DNA of 27,494 nucleotides from Elusimicrobiales bacterium (GTDB lineage: Bacteria; Elusimicrobiota; Elusimicrobia; Elusimicrobiales; UBA9959): the NCBI GenBank assembly GCA_049972095.1, contig JBMFKQ010000023.1:1-27494 (forward strand), written 5' to 3'. Of this stretch, positions 1-8,938 are shown piece after piece (positions within the stretch are counted from its first letter, which is position 1; each line of letters starts with the position of its first letter). The translations under genes were made by a program, and so were the position numbers. A model generated the notes under the pieces. It was not told the origin of the DNA. It made no database searches and worked only from the letters and a program-made list of their open reading frames with translations.

Positions 1-2
1 GT

Positions 3-68
3 GATCATACTTTGTATGTATCAACAGAAACAGTTGTGGCGGCTTACTCGTGGAAACCTGTTTGGTAA
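3..68 (+). CDS. 3' end of an upstream gene (DHTLYVSTETVVAAYSWKPVW*)
   Basis: Frame open from the window edge to TAA at 66-68; too short to identify. Confidence 0.35.
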   Translation, partial: DHTLYVSTETVVAAYSWKPVW

Positions 69-133
69 CTTCAATAGAAAGGTAATGAAAGCAAATTAAA
101 GAAGAGGCAAAAGAAATAAAAAAGGGGGAGGTT

Positions 134-247
134 ATGTTTAGCAAGCTGAAGTGTTATTTGTTTGTTCTATTAACAAATCATCCTTTTATATTCATAATTC
201 AGCATCAAAAGACAGATGCTATAGGTGTTTATAGGAAGAGTTTATGA
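134..247 (+). CDS. Small 37-aa ORF (MFSKLKCYLFVLLTNHPFIFIIQHQKTDAIGVYRKSL), possibly a leader or gene remnant
   Basis: G-rich SD-like run (GGGGGAGG) just before ATG 134; its TGA (245-247) overlaps the ATG of the next gene (ATGA). Confidence 0.4.
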   Translation: MFSKLKCYLFVLLTNHPFIFIIQHQKTDAIGVYRKSL

Positions 248-1533
248 GCCAGGTGAATAAGCAAATAGAGATTCTACCTTTAATCTTTATTTTTACGGCT
301 TATTCCTATTGCCAATTACAGGAGGTTCAGCCAACCTCTACTGTTTATGCTGTTGATGTTGCAACTATAACTGAGAATTCTCTTCTGAATGTCTTTATAG
401 ATTGCAAGTACTGTGACGAGGATTTCATTAAAAATGAAATCACATTTATCAACTATGTTAGAGATAGGTATGAAGCACAGATACATATATTGATTACAAC
501 ACAATACACAGCCTCTGGAGGTATAGAATACACTTTGGAGTTTATAGGTCAGAAAGATCTTATTGGAGTTAATGATACATTAAAGTTTACCACCGGACCA
601 TTGGATACGGAGGATATAAAACGCAAGAAGCTTGCAAAGATGATTAAAACAGGGCTTATCCGATATGTCGCCAAAACCCCTGTTATTGATGATATCTCAA
701 TATCCTATAGCAGAAAGGAAAAAATAAAACCCGCAAAAGATCCCTGGAATAACTGGGTGTTTACTATATCGCTTGATGGTAATTTTAGTGGGGAGAAATC
801 AATAAAGAGTCATTCCCTTTCAAATTCCATACGTGTAAATAGAATAACAGAGGATTGGAAGATTAAATTGAATAGCTATGTGAATTATAACAAGGATAGA
901 TTTCAAATATCAAATAACTCAATTACAAGCATCTCAAGGGCATACAGTTTTTCTGGCAGTGTGGTTAAAAGTATGAATGATCACTGGTCTAGTAAGGTTG
1001 GTGGGGAGGTAGAATCAAACACATATAATAATATTAGATTGAGGTATAGCATTGGCCCAGCGATTGAATACAGCATTTTTCCATATTCTCAGTCAACAAA
1101 GAAGATGTTGTGTCTTCGTTATGAGTTGGACTTTATCTCAGCAAAGTATGATGAAGAGACAATCTATAACAAGACCTATGAAAACCTATTGCAGGAAGAG
1201 CTGGGAGTTAGAGTTGATGTTAATGAGAAATGGGGGACAATTGGTGGTGGGATATTTCTTTCGCATTATTTTCATGATTTTAGCAAGTATAATCTAAATT
1301 TCAACTTAGGACTGTCGATTAATATTGCGAAAGGATTTTCATTTAATTTTTTTGGGCTATATTCACAAGTCCATGATCAATTATCGCTGCCAAAAAAGGG
1401 TGCATCAGATGAGGAGATACTGCTTAAGCGCTCCCAAATTGCAACTAACTACCGCTATACCACATTTATTGGGATAAGTTATACATTTGGCTCTATATAT
1501 AGCAACATCGTAAATCCGCGATTTGGCAGTTAA
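244..1533 (+). CDS. Conserved hypothetical exported protein, probable outer-membrane beta-barrel with N-terminal soluble domain
   Basis: Signal-like N-terminus; VFIDCKYCD and YVRDR segments; C-terminal two-thirds show alternating aromatic/hydrophobic beta-strand pattern ending ISYTFGSIYSNIVNPRF. Confidence 0.7.
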   Translation: MSQVNKQIEILPLIFIFTAYSYCQLQEVQPTSTVYAVDVATITENSLLNVFIDCKYCDEDFIKNEITFINYVRDRYEAQIHILITTQYTASGGIEYTLEFIGQKDLIGVNDTLKFTTGPLDTEDIKRKKLAKMIKTGLIRYVAKTPVIDDISISYSRKEKIKPAKDPWNNWVFTISLDGNFSGEKSIKSHSLSNSIRVNRITEDWKIKLNSYVNYNKDRFQISNNSITSISRAYSFSGSVVKSMNDHWSSKVGGEVESNTYNNIRLRYSIGPAIEYSIFPYSQSTKKMLCLRYELDFISAKYDEETIYNKTYENLLQEELGVRVDVNEKWGTIGGGIFLSHYFHDFSKYNLNFNLGLSINIAKGFSFNFFGLYSQVHDQLSLPKKGASDEEILLKRSQIATNYRYTTFIGISYTFGSIYSNIVNPRFGS

Positions 1534-1582
1534 GATATGCATTTTCATATGCATTTTTAAAATATAGTCTGGGAGAAAATAG

Positions 1583-1861
1583 ATGTCAAGGATGATCACA
1601 CTTATACTTCTGGTTATAGTTTTAGCCTTTGCATCTTATATTACATTTGATTCTAAGTATATAAGAAGCGGAAGTATTGTGGAGATCAGAAAAGATGCAA
1701 TAGTTGTTCAAGGTAGAAGCCCTTATGAGCCTGCTTATGTTTTGCCTATTGATGAAAGATCTCGTGAGAAAGCACAAGACAATCAGGTGAGTAAAGGTTT
1801 TATCATAAGAATGATTTTTATTATGCCTTTTGTTGTTTTACATAAGGGAGTGTTTATTTAA
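1583..1861 (+). CDS. Small membrane-anchored hypothetical protein, possibly truncated or chimeric
   Basis: GGGAG SD before ATG; hydrophobic N-terminal anchor; stop overlaps the convergent gene's stop. Confidence 0.45.
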   Translation: MSRMITLILLVIVLAFASYITFDSKYIRSGSIVEIRKDAIVVQGRSPYEPAYVLPIDERSREKAQDNQVSKGFIIRMIFIMPFVVLHKGVFI

Positions 1862-2739
1862 AAATAATTTAGATATTGAAACAATGAAAATATTATGAAC
1901 ATCTGGTGTGCTGAAAGTAAGCCTCTTATCTCAGCGGTCTTGCGATTACCAAAGGTATTATAGCGAAGCTCAAACTTTAACCCTTCTTTTATCCATACCT
2001 CAAATCCATTTGTGCCAAGAAACCTTTTATTTGTTCTTATTGTGAAATCACCAAGGGTATAATGCTCTCCAAATAAACTACTGCTTATAAGGTATTCATT
2101 ATCCTCGAATGAAAAATTCCGCTTTTCAATTCTTAATGCCGTATTTTCACCCTCGACATAAATCAGGTTTCCCAGAGTCGTAAATCTTAGAGAACCATCG
2201 CTGGGTGTTTCTGATTTTTTGTCCGCTTTGATATTCTTGAAAGAGTTTGAGGCAATTTTTAGATGTGCGAAATAATTTGAAATGACTTTTATTACTGATA
2301 GTTCCTGTGAGTCAAAGATTGAGTTGAATTTGATATCCATTGAGTTAAAACCATGTATTTTTTCAAATTCTATTTTTCTGTCTTTATCTGCAATTGTTAG
2401 TTTTTGAGTATTTCCAAAAACAAATTTTTTCATAAGCAATGGATTTGAATAATCATAGTTTTTATCCATAAACTGTCCCGTGATTTCATATTCTATCTCT
2501 GATGCATTAGGCCAAGGGGTTCTGTTTATCATCTGGAGGTCTATGTTTTTATTACTATTTGCCCAGCCATAAATCCTAAAGGAATCAGAAAATATGTTTT
2601 CTATCTTAATATTTATCTTGTTATCATTTAATCCTTTATCCTGAGGTCCGGTTTCTGCACTATACAGAGCATTAATCAAGTTAAGGTTTAAAAGAAATAT
2701 TATTTAATACAGAATTATTTTTATTGGTTTCTTTGTCAT
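1858..2739 (-). pseudogene. Secreted beta-rich hypothetical protein interrupted by an in-frame TAA in the signal peptide
   Basis: AAGGTGAG SD and ATG at 2739 read MTKKPIKIILY*IIFLLNLNLINALYS, in frame with the 273-aa ORF 1858..2679; TAA at 2706-2704. Confidence 0.6.
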
Positions 2740-2777
2740 AGTCTCACCTTATCTATCTAATTTTTTATCAGTTATTT

Positions 2778-3449
2778 TTATATAAGAGGTTTTGTCTTTT
2801 GTATAAGCTGAAATGATCTATCGTAAACATCCCTTACCAATATATAGGTTATGTCCCTTGAGATTCTTGATATCTCATAAGTAGTCCATATTGCCTCATA
2901 ATCTATAATCCTGCTGTCTATTAAACTAACAGTATATGTAAGTTCTATTAGTTGCTTTCCAATGTCAAACTGCCATCTCTTTATAAGAAATTTTACATCT
3001 TTGTTTATATCGTTTGTAATCTTATAAAGATCTTTATCCCTTCCAACAATTTTAAGTAGATCTACCAGTTCATTGTCCAGGCTTACAACATCGTCATAAT
3101 ATTGTAATAACTTATCCATCGTATTTCTGGACTCCATCAAGAACAAACTATTGTAATTGCCAGTCATTGCTATATCACTTGCTCTTGATATTAATCCACC
3201 TATATCATCTTTAATCATTACAGCTCTACTATCAAGATCTCTTATTTTATCTATAATCCTATCAAACACAAGATTAACATATTCACTTCCTTTATCCAAC
3301 TTCATTTTTATGTTTATATCTGCAAGTGCTATATCTCTATTAACTGTAACACTAATATCAGAGTTTGCTTTAAGCACATCCAGAGATTTTGATTCTGCAT
3401 TTAGTATGAATGGTGTTATGATTATCGATAGCATTATTAGTTTTTTCAT
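2778..3449 (-). CDS. Secreted alpha-helical hypothetical protein
   Basis: AGGAGG SD; classic Sec signal MKKLIMLSIIITPFILNA-E; helical periodicity. Confidence 0.75.
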   Translation of the reverse strand: MKKLIMLSIIITPFILNAESKSLDVLKANSDISVTVNRDIALADINIKMKLDKGSEYVNLVFDRIIDKIRDLDSRAVMIKDDIGGLISRASDIAMTGNYNSLFLMESRNTMDKLLQYYDDVVSLDNELVDLLKIVGRDKDLYKITNDINKDVKFLIKRWQFDIGKQLIELTYTVSLIDSRIIDYEAIWTTYEISRISRDITYILVRDVYDRSFQLIQKTKPLI

Positions 3450-3494
3450 ACCCGCCTCCTAACTAAGTTTTATCTGATTATTCTAAGATTATTA

Positions 3495-3547
3495 AGTGCC
3501 ATCGGTCCTAATGATAATGAATTTTTTGGACTATTCCATTGGTCCTA
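3495..3547. promoter_or_regulatory. Two GGTCCTA-containing putative operator sites upstream of the 3449 gene and cstA
   Basis: AGTGCCATCGGTCCTA (3495-3510) and TATTCCATTGGTCCTA (3532-3547); similar to motifs at 5419 and 6615. Confidence 0.45.
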
Positions 3548-3625
3548 TAAGTATTTTTTAATCTGAGGATGTTTTTTTAAGTATTGAGAAGATCAAAGAG
3601 AATCTGAAAGGTAATAAGGTTGTGT

Positions 3626-3654
3626 TTGATATTTTCTCAAAAAAGTTATATATT
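3626..3654 (+). promoter_or_regulatory. Sigma70-type promoter of cstA
   Basis: TTGATA-17 bp-TATATT, then GAGG SD and ATG 3669. Confidence 0.5.
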
Positions 3655-3668
3655 TTAATAGAGGAAAT

Positions 3669-5309
3669 ATGAATTCATTGGTTATTGCTGGGTTTGGATT
3701 AATTTTTTTTGTAATCTCTTATCTTTTTTATGGTAGGTATCTTGAAAAATTATGGGGGATAGATAAAAACAAAATTACTCCTGCGTTTGCAAAGAAGGAT
3801 GGGGTTGATTATATCCCTGCAAAACACTGGTTAATTCTTTTTGGGCACCATTTTTCATCGATCGCAGGGGCTGGACCTATTTTGGGGCCTGTTATTGCTG
3901 TATGTTTATTTGGATGGGGCGGTGCTTTATTATGGATTATTCTTGGCTCAGTTTTTCTTGGAGGAGTTCATGATTTTTCCTCCCTTTTTTTGAGTGTAAG
4001 AAATGAAGGACAGACAGTTGGAGATATAACAAAAAAGGTTCTTGGAGATAAAAGCAAGATTCTCTTTTCTCTTTTCTTATGGTTTTCTTTAATCCTTGTG
4101 GTAGGTGTTTTTGCGGCGGTAACTGCTAAAACATTTACAGAACAGCCAGAGATTGTAATTCCAACATTTTTTCTCATATTTGATGCAATAATTTTTGGCT
4201 TTCTTGTCTATAAGAAAAATTTTTCAATATTCTATTCAACAATTTTATGTCTTTTTTTACTTTTTTTATTTTTTATCTTTGGAAAGGAGATACCAGTTGT
4301 AATAAAAATTGGGAATCCTTTAAAGATTTGGATTTCAATACTTCTTGTTTATTGTTTTTTTGCAAGTACTTTGCCAGTTAATATACTTTTACAGCCAAGG
4401 GACTACCTTTCTTCATTTATCCTTTTTTCAGGTATTTTATTTGGATATATTGGTCTTATAACTTCGCATCCAAAAATTAATGCTCCCTTTTATATATCTT
4501 TTTTTTCTGAAAATGGTTCTTTATGGCCTATGATGTTTGTTATGATTGCATGTGGTGCTATAAGCGGATTTCATTCACTTGTCTCAAGTGGAACAACATC
4601 AAAACAGATTGCAAATGAAACTGATATAAAAAAAATTGGTTATGGTGGAATGCTTACAGAAGGGCTTTTATCAATCCTTGCTTTATTATGTGTCTCTGCA
4701 GGTCTTTTTTGGAATAGTCAATTTCCTGAACTTAACTATCCTAATTTAATGAAAAGGGGTGACTGGATAGGAACTTTTGCAACTGGTTATGGATGTATTT
4801 TAAAAAGAATATTTGATGTAAAAATAGGGAAGCTTTTTGCAATTGTTATGATAAATAGTTTTGTTCTTACAACCCTTGATACAGCAACAAGAATAACAAG
4901 ATATATAACACAAGAGCTTTTTGGTGAAACATTTAAGATAAAATTTTTAAAAAACAGATACATTTCTACTTTGATTGTAATTATTTTTTCAGGATATCTT
5001 GCTTTTGGAAGCTGGCAGAAGATATGGCCTGTTTTTGGTTCTTCAAATCAACTTGTAGCAGGTATTGTTTTACTTGTTTGTAGTTGCTATCTTATGATGA
5101 GAGGGAAAAATCCAATTCCCACTTTGATTGGCTCTATTTTTATGTTTTTGACTACAATGACTGCTTTAACAATTAGTATGGTCAATTTTTACAAAAATAA
5201 AAATTTTCTTCTTGGAAATATAAGCTTAATCTTGATCTTACTTTCAATCTTTATGATAAACGAGGGGATAAAGATTCTAAAATCTAAGGCTAAAAAGGCA
5301 CCAGAATGA
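3669..5309 (+). CDS. cstA: Carbon starvation protein A family transporter (peptide/pyruvate uptake)
   Basis: TPA..K.DGVDY.P, LFGHHFSSIAGAGPILGP, IACGAISGFHSLVSSGTTSKQ, GYGGMLTEG, TTLDTATR, IWPVFGSSNQL motifs; many TM helices. Confidence 0.95.
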   Translation: MNSLVIAGFGLIFFVISYLFYGRYLEKLWGIDKNKITPAFAKKDGVDYIPAKHWLILFGHHFSSIAGAGPILGPVIAVCLFGWGGALLWIILGSVFLGGVHDFSSLFLSVRNEGQTVGDITKKVLGDKSKILFSLFLWFSLILVVGVFAAVTAKTFTEQPEIVIPTFFLIFDAIIFGFLVYKKNFSIFYSTILCLFLLFLFFIFGKEIPVVIKIGNPLKIWISILLVYCFFASTLPVNILLQPRDYLSSFILFSGILFGYIGLITSHPKINAPFYISFFSENGSLWPMMFVMIACGAISGFHSLVSSGTTSKQIANETDIKKIGYGGMLTEGLLSILALLCVSAGLFWNSQFPELNYPNLMKRGDWIGTFATGYGCILKRIFDVKIGKLFAIVMINSFVLTTLDTATRITRYITQELFGETFKIKFLKNRYISTLIVIIFSGYLAFGSWQKIWPVFGSSNQLVAGIVLLVCSCYLMMRGKNPIPTLIGSIFMFLTTMTALTISMVNFYKNKNFLLGNISLILILLSIFMINEGIKILKSKAKKAPE

Positions 5310-5418
5310 GTTTTGGAAGGAAAAAATTAACTCAAAACAGCATTTCTATTTTATTATATGAGTGTAGTTTGAGGATAATTTGCTATCTAATTCTACAATG
5401 ATAAGCCTATCATACCCA

Positions 5419-5474
5419 AAGGTCCCGAAGACCTACCCTGCCCATTGGTAGATAGACATAGATAATTTAGTCCC
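5419..5474. promoter_or_regulatory. Putative operator motif upstream of the GDPD gene
   Basis: AAGGTCCCGAAGACCTA (reverse complement TAGGTCTTCGGGACCTT) at 5419-5435, and TTTAGTCCC at 5466-5474 abutting TTGAGA. Confidence 0.4.
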
Positions 5475-5509
5475 TTGAGAATTTTAAAAAGCTATATTAG
5501 ATCTGAATT

Positions 5510-6604
5510 ATGTATGTTATGAAAAATTTGATTTTTCTCATAGTGATGTTAAATGCTGTTTTAGTTGAAAGTGGTGAGTGGTATGATTTACATATTCAAA
5601 AAGATTCAAACAGCAAAATAGATATACCACATCCCTCCTATAGAATTGATGGAAACAAGGATTTTTTTATGATTGCTCATGCAGGTTCTCCATTAAAACA
5701 GCCGGAAAATACTATAGAAGGTCTTGAAGTATCTATAAAAGATGGAGCAAATGCATTAGAAGTAGATCTTTCTATGACATATGATTATGAGATAGTTTTG
5801 TGGCATGATTGGGATCCTAATTCTTTAGTCTCTATAGCAAGACAAAAAGGTTTAGAGGGTTTCAAATATCTACCGTTTTGTCCCGATGCTACAAGCAAAT
5901 ATAGAGTTCCGGTAGATAGATTGAAATATAAGGATTTTATAAGAGAGTATGGTTATAAATTAAAAGATACAGATAAAAAACTGGAGTATAAGATTCCAAC
6001 AATAGAAATATTTTTGGAGTGGTTACATAATAAAAAAAGTATTAAATTTATATATTTGGATGTCAAGTTTCCTTCTAATTACCGTAAGACAAATAGGATT
6101 AAGTATTTTGTGAAAAAAATGAATAGTTTATTAGAAAGGTATGATTTGATTGATAAAGCTGTTTTATTTACCCCTTACGATTCTATTTTTGATGAAATGG
6201 TTAAGGTTAAAAATTTTTATGGTTTAAAGGTTAGATTAGGAAGAGATATGGAAATACCACCGGATTTAGTTAATATACCTGTAGAATTAAATCCCATGAA
6301 GGCTTCTGGAAGAGCAATAGTAATAATTGATCAATTTGTTGATAAACTAGATAAACTAATAAAAAATAGTTGTGAATATATAGCAGTAGGCAGGCCCACT
6401 AAATTAACTCTTGTAGGTGGGTGGTATACATACAAAAAAATTATAGATAGATTAGTGAAGAAAAAGGAAAAAATTAGTAGTAATATCAAAATAATTTGCT
6501 GGACAATAAATGACCCTAAAGAGATTAGAGAGCTTTACAATAAAGGAATAAATGGGATAATGAGTGATGATGTCAGCGTTATAGCAAGGTCATTATCTTT
6601 CTAA
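5510..6604 (+). CDS. Secreted glycerophosphodiester phosphodiesterase (GDPD) family protein; start may be ATG 5519
   Basis: IAHAG...PENT, ALEVDL, LWHD, YLDVK, WTIND, GIMSD motifs of the GDPD TIM barrel; signal peptide. Confidence 0.85.
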   Translation: MYVMKNLIFLIVMLNAVLVESGEWYDLHIQKDSNSKIDIPHPSYRIDGNKDFFMIAHAGSPLKQPENTIEGLEVSIKDGANALEVDLSMTYDYEIVLWHDWDPNSLVSIARQKGLEGFKYLPFCPDATSKYRVPVDRLKYKDFIREYGYKLKDTDKKLEYKIPTIEIFLEWLHNKKSIKFIYLDVKFPSNYRKTNRIKYFVKKMNSLLERYDLIDKAVLFTPYDSIFDEMVKVKNFYGLKVRLGRDMEIPPDLVNIPVELNPMKASGRAIVIIDQFVDKLDKLIKNSCEYIAVGRPTKLTLVGGWYTYKKIIDRLVKKKEKISSNIKIICWTINDPKEIRELYNKGINGIMSDDVSVIARSLSF

Positions 6605-6614
6605 GAAGGGAAAG

Positions 6615-6636
6615 GTATAGGTCTTTGGTCCTATAC
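6615..6636. promoter_or_regulatory. Palindromic operator GTATAGG-TCTTTGGT-CCTATAC
   Basis: Perfect 7-bp inverted arms ending 18 bp before the -35 box of the PLD gene. Confidence 0.55.
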
Positions 6637-6654
6637 TGATGGGTAAAATGGGAC

Positions 6655-6683
6655 TTGACATATATTACCTTGTAAGTTAAGAT
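6655..6683 (+). promoter_or_regulatory. Sigma70-type promoter of the PLD gene
   Basis: TTGACA-17 bp-TAAGAT, followed by AAGGAG SD and ATG 6702. Confidence 0.65.
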
Positions 6684-6701
6684 TTAATGAAGGAGATTGT
6701 T

Positions 6702-7964
6702 ATGAAAAGGAGAAATTTTTTCTGTTTTTCTTGGCTTTTGACAGCAAGCTTTGTAGTGTGTGAGTCTCTTTTTTGTGAGATCAAATCTCTTGATAAAAAT
6801 ATAGTTTATGAAAATTTTTCTGTTATGGTAGATGTTGATATTCATAAGAATATTCCTCAACCAAATATATCAAGGTCCTATTCAGTTTCAAGAAGTGAGG
6901 TAGGGGATTTTTCATCCATTAAAGGTTATGCTTTCTCTTATATTAATAACCTAATAGTTGATGCTATAAATGCAAGTAAATCTACAGTTGATTGTATGAT
7001 ATATAGCATACAAATGAAGGATATCCCTGATGCGCTAATAGCAGCAAGAGATAGAGGTGTAAGGATAAGGATTATAATAGATGAAGGACATGTCTATCCT
7101 AAGCCTGATGCTCAGATAAAAAGGTTGATTAATGCTGGTGAGGGTATTGAGGTTAGAACATTGAGAGGGACTCAAAGCTACGGCGTTATGCATAATAAAA
7201 TAACCATCCATGATAAATCACTTGTAACAACAGGCTCTTATAACTGGACATTTGCAGCAACATTTTCAAACTACGAAAATATTATAACAACAAGAGAACA
7301 CTATTATGTTGATGGCTATGTCAGATATTTTGAGTGGATGTGGTCTAAAGCAAGAACGATTGCTCAAGGCCCTTCCCAGAATCTGCCATATGGATATTAC
7401 GGCACACCACCCCAGTCACCAGCAAATATAATAACCTTAAATGGTGTGAGTGTTCCTCTTTATCTTTTTTCTCCTGGATCTGATACTGAAAATAAACTTG
7501 TGTCTCTAATAGATGCAGCAAACACAACCATTGATGCTGTAACATTTACTTTTTCATCTAAACCTATAGCTGATGCAATAATAAGAGCACATAAAAGGGG
7601 TGTTAAGGTGAGATTCCTTCAAGATAAGGATATGGCAAAATCTAGCGCTATGGCAAAGATGGTTTTTGATGCTGGGGTTCCGTTCAAATGGATGGGTGGG
7701 AGGAATGATAAAGGATCTATGCATAATAAGTTTATAATACTTGATGGTAAGGTTCTTGGAACAGGCTCATATAATTTTACTACCAATGCGAGTGTTAATT
7801 CGTTTGAAAATATTATATTTACAAATGATCAGAGTGTTATAAATGCCTATGCTTTGAAGTTTGAATGGTTTTATTCTCAAGCCCAGCCTCCTCAATCTGT
7901 TGATGAGTTTGATGAGGTTGATATTTCAAAGGATTTGCTTAATTCTGAAAAGGAGATTGATTGA
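6702..7964 (+). CDS. Secreted phospholipase D / Nuc-type nuclease superfamily protein with two HKD domains
   Basis: MHNKITIHD...TGSYNWT...NYEN and MHNKFIILD...TGSYNFT...SFEN; signal peptide; AAGGAG SD favours start 6702 over 6687. Confidence 0.9.
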   Translation: MKRRNFFCFSWLLTASFVVCESLFCEIKSLDKNIVYENFSVMVDVDIHKNIPQPNISRSYSVSRSEVGDFSSIKGYAFSYINNLIVDAINASKSTVDCMIYSIQMKDIPDALIAARDRGVRIRIIIDEGHVYPKPDAQIKRLINAGEGIEVRTLRGTQSYGVMHNKITIHDKSLVTTGSYNWTFAATFSNYENIITTREHYYVDGYVRYFEWMWSKARTIAQGPSQNLPYGYYGTPPQSPANIITLNGVSVPLYLFSPGSDTENKLVSLIDAANTTIDAVTFTFSSKPIADAIIRAHKRGVKVRFLQDKDMAKSSAMAKMVFDAGVPFKWMGGRNDKGSMHNKFIILDGKVLGTGSYNFTTNASVNSFENIIFTNDQSVINAYALKFEWFYSQAQPPQSVDEFDEVDISKDLLNSEKEID

Positions 7965-7996
7965 TATTTGAAACACTTTTCATAGCTTACAAAAAT

Positions 7997-8025
7997 TTGA
8001 CTTCAAAATCAATAATTTGTATAAT
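7997..8025 (+). promoter_or_regulatory. Sigma70-type promoter of the DUF4912-GH57 operon
   Basis: TTGACT-17 bp-TATAAT. Confidence 0.7.
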
Positions 8026-8080
8026 CTTTCTCAGATGGGTAATATAACCTTATCTATAATCATATAATAAAGGAGAGAAA

Positions 8081-8938
8081 ATGACTTCCGGAAAGATGGG
8101 TCCTGATCAGGAACCTGATTATGATTATAAATCACTGCCCGAGGGTTACGGTAGTACTGAGGCAGTTCTCCTTCCAAGGGATCCTTACTGGATGTATGTT
8201 TATTGGGAGATTACAGAGAATTCAATTAAAAATCTTATCTCTTCTATAGGGCATGAGACATTCTCAAAATCAAAAAGGATTCTAAGAGTGTATGAGCTTG
8301 ATAAAAATGATAATCCTGTTTCATATACTGATATACCAGTTATTTTTGAGGCGAAAAATTGGTATGTGAATGTAAAGGAGTGTGGCAAGACATATATGTG
8401 TGAAATAGGATTGATGATGCCTGATGGAAGGTTTGTAGGGATAGTTAAAACAAACAAGGTTTCTCTTCCAAAAGCAGGTGTCTCAGATGTTATAGATGAG
8501 AAATGGATGATTGTCAACCAGGAGTTTGAAAAACTTCTTGAGATATCGGGGGTTGACTATATAGGTAAAGGCTCGGCAGAGATTGCAAAATCACTTGCTC
8601 AAAGGTGGGAGATGCTTAGAAGTGTATTTTCAAGAATCTCGTCATTTGGAATTTCGTCCTTTTCATCGCAGGCAGTGATGAAGGAAAAATATGAAAAGGA
8701 GAGGTTTTTTTGGCTTGTAGCTGACTGTGAGCTTGTAGTTTATGGCGCAACTCAACCTGATGCTTCTCTTTATGTTGGTGATAGGAAGGTGAAGCTTAAT
8801 CCTGATGGAACATTTGCTCTTAGATATGCTTTGAAAGAAGGGGATACAACTATTCCTATTAAAGCTGTTTCTAAGGATGAATCTATGTCGAAAGGGATAA
8901 CCTTTAAAATATCAAGAGAGACAAAAAAAGATGAATAG
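8081..8938 (+). CDS. DUF4912 domain-containing protein
   Basis: LP.GYG...VLLPRDPYWMYVYWEI, NWY, FWLVADCELVVYGATQPDA, LNPDGTF; typical partner upstream of GH57 branching enzymes; AAGGAG SD. Confidence 0.85.
   Translation: MTSGKMGPDQEPDYDYKSLPEGYGSTEAVLLPRDPYWMYVYWEITENSIKNLISSIGHETFSKSKRILRVYELDKNDNPVSYTDIPVIFEAKNWYVNVKECGKTYMCEIGLMMPDGRFVGIVKTNKVSLPKAGVSDVIDEKWMIVNQEFEKLLEISGVDYIGKGSAEIAKSLAQRWEMLRSVFSRISSFGISSFSSQAVMKEKYEKERFFWLVADCELVVYGATQPDASLYVGDRKVKLNPDGTFALRYALKEGDTTIPIKAVSKDESMSKGITFKISRETKKDE

Noticed and set aside
1535..1557. Tandem ATATGCATTTT x2 after the barrel gene
   Set aside because: Only two AT-rich copies, not seen elsewhere; no function supportable
2704..2706. Stop-codon reassignment (TAA read as sense)
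   Set aside because: TAA terminates most genes in the window at expected positions; this is a single isolated case
244..6604. Integron cassette array
   Set aside because: Mixed gene orientations, genes with their own promoters, no RYYYAAC...GTTRRRY attC structures or integrase seen
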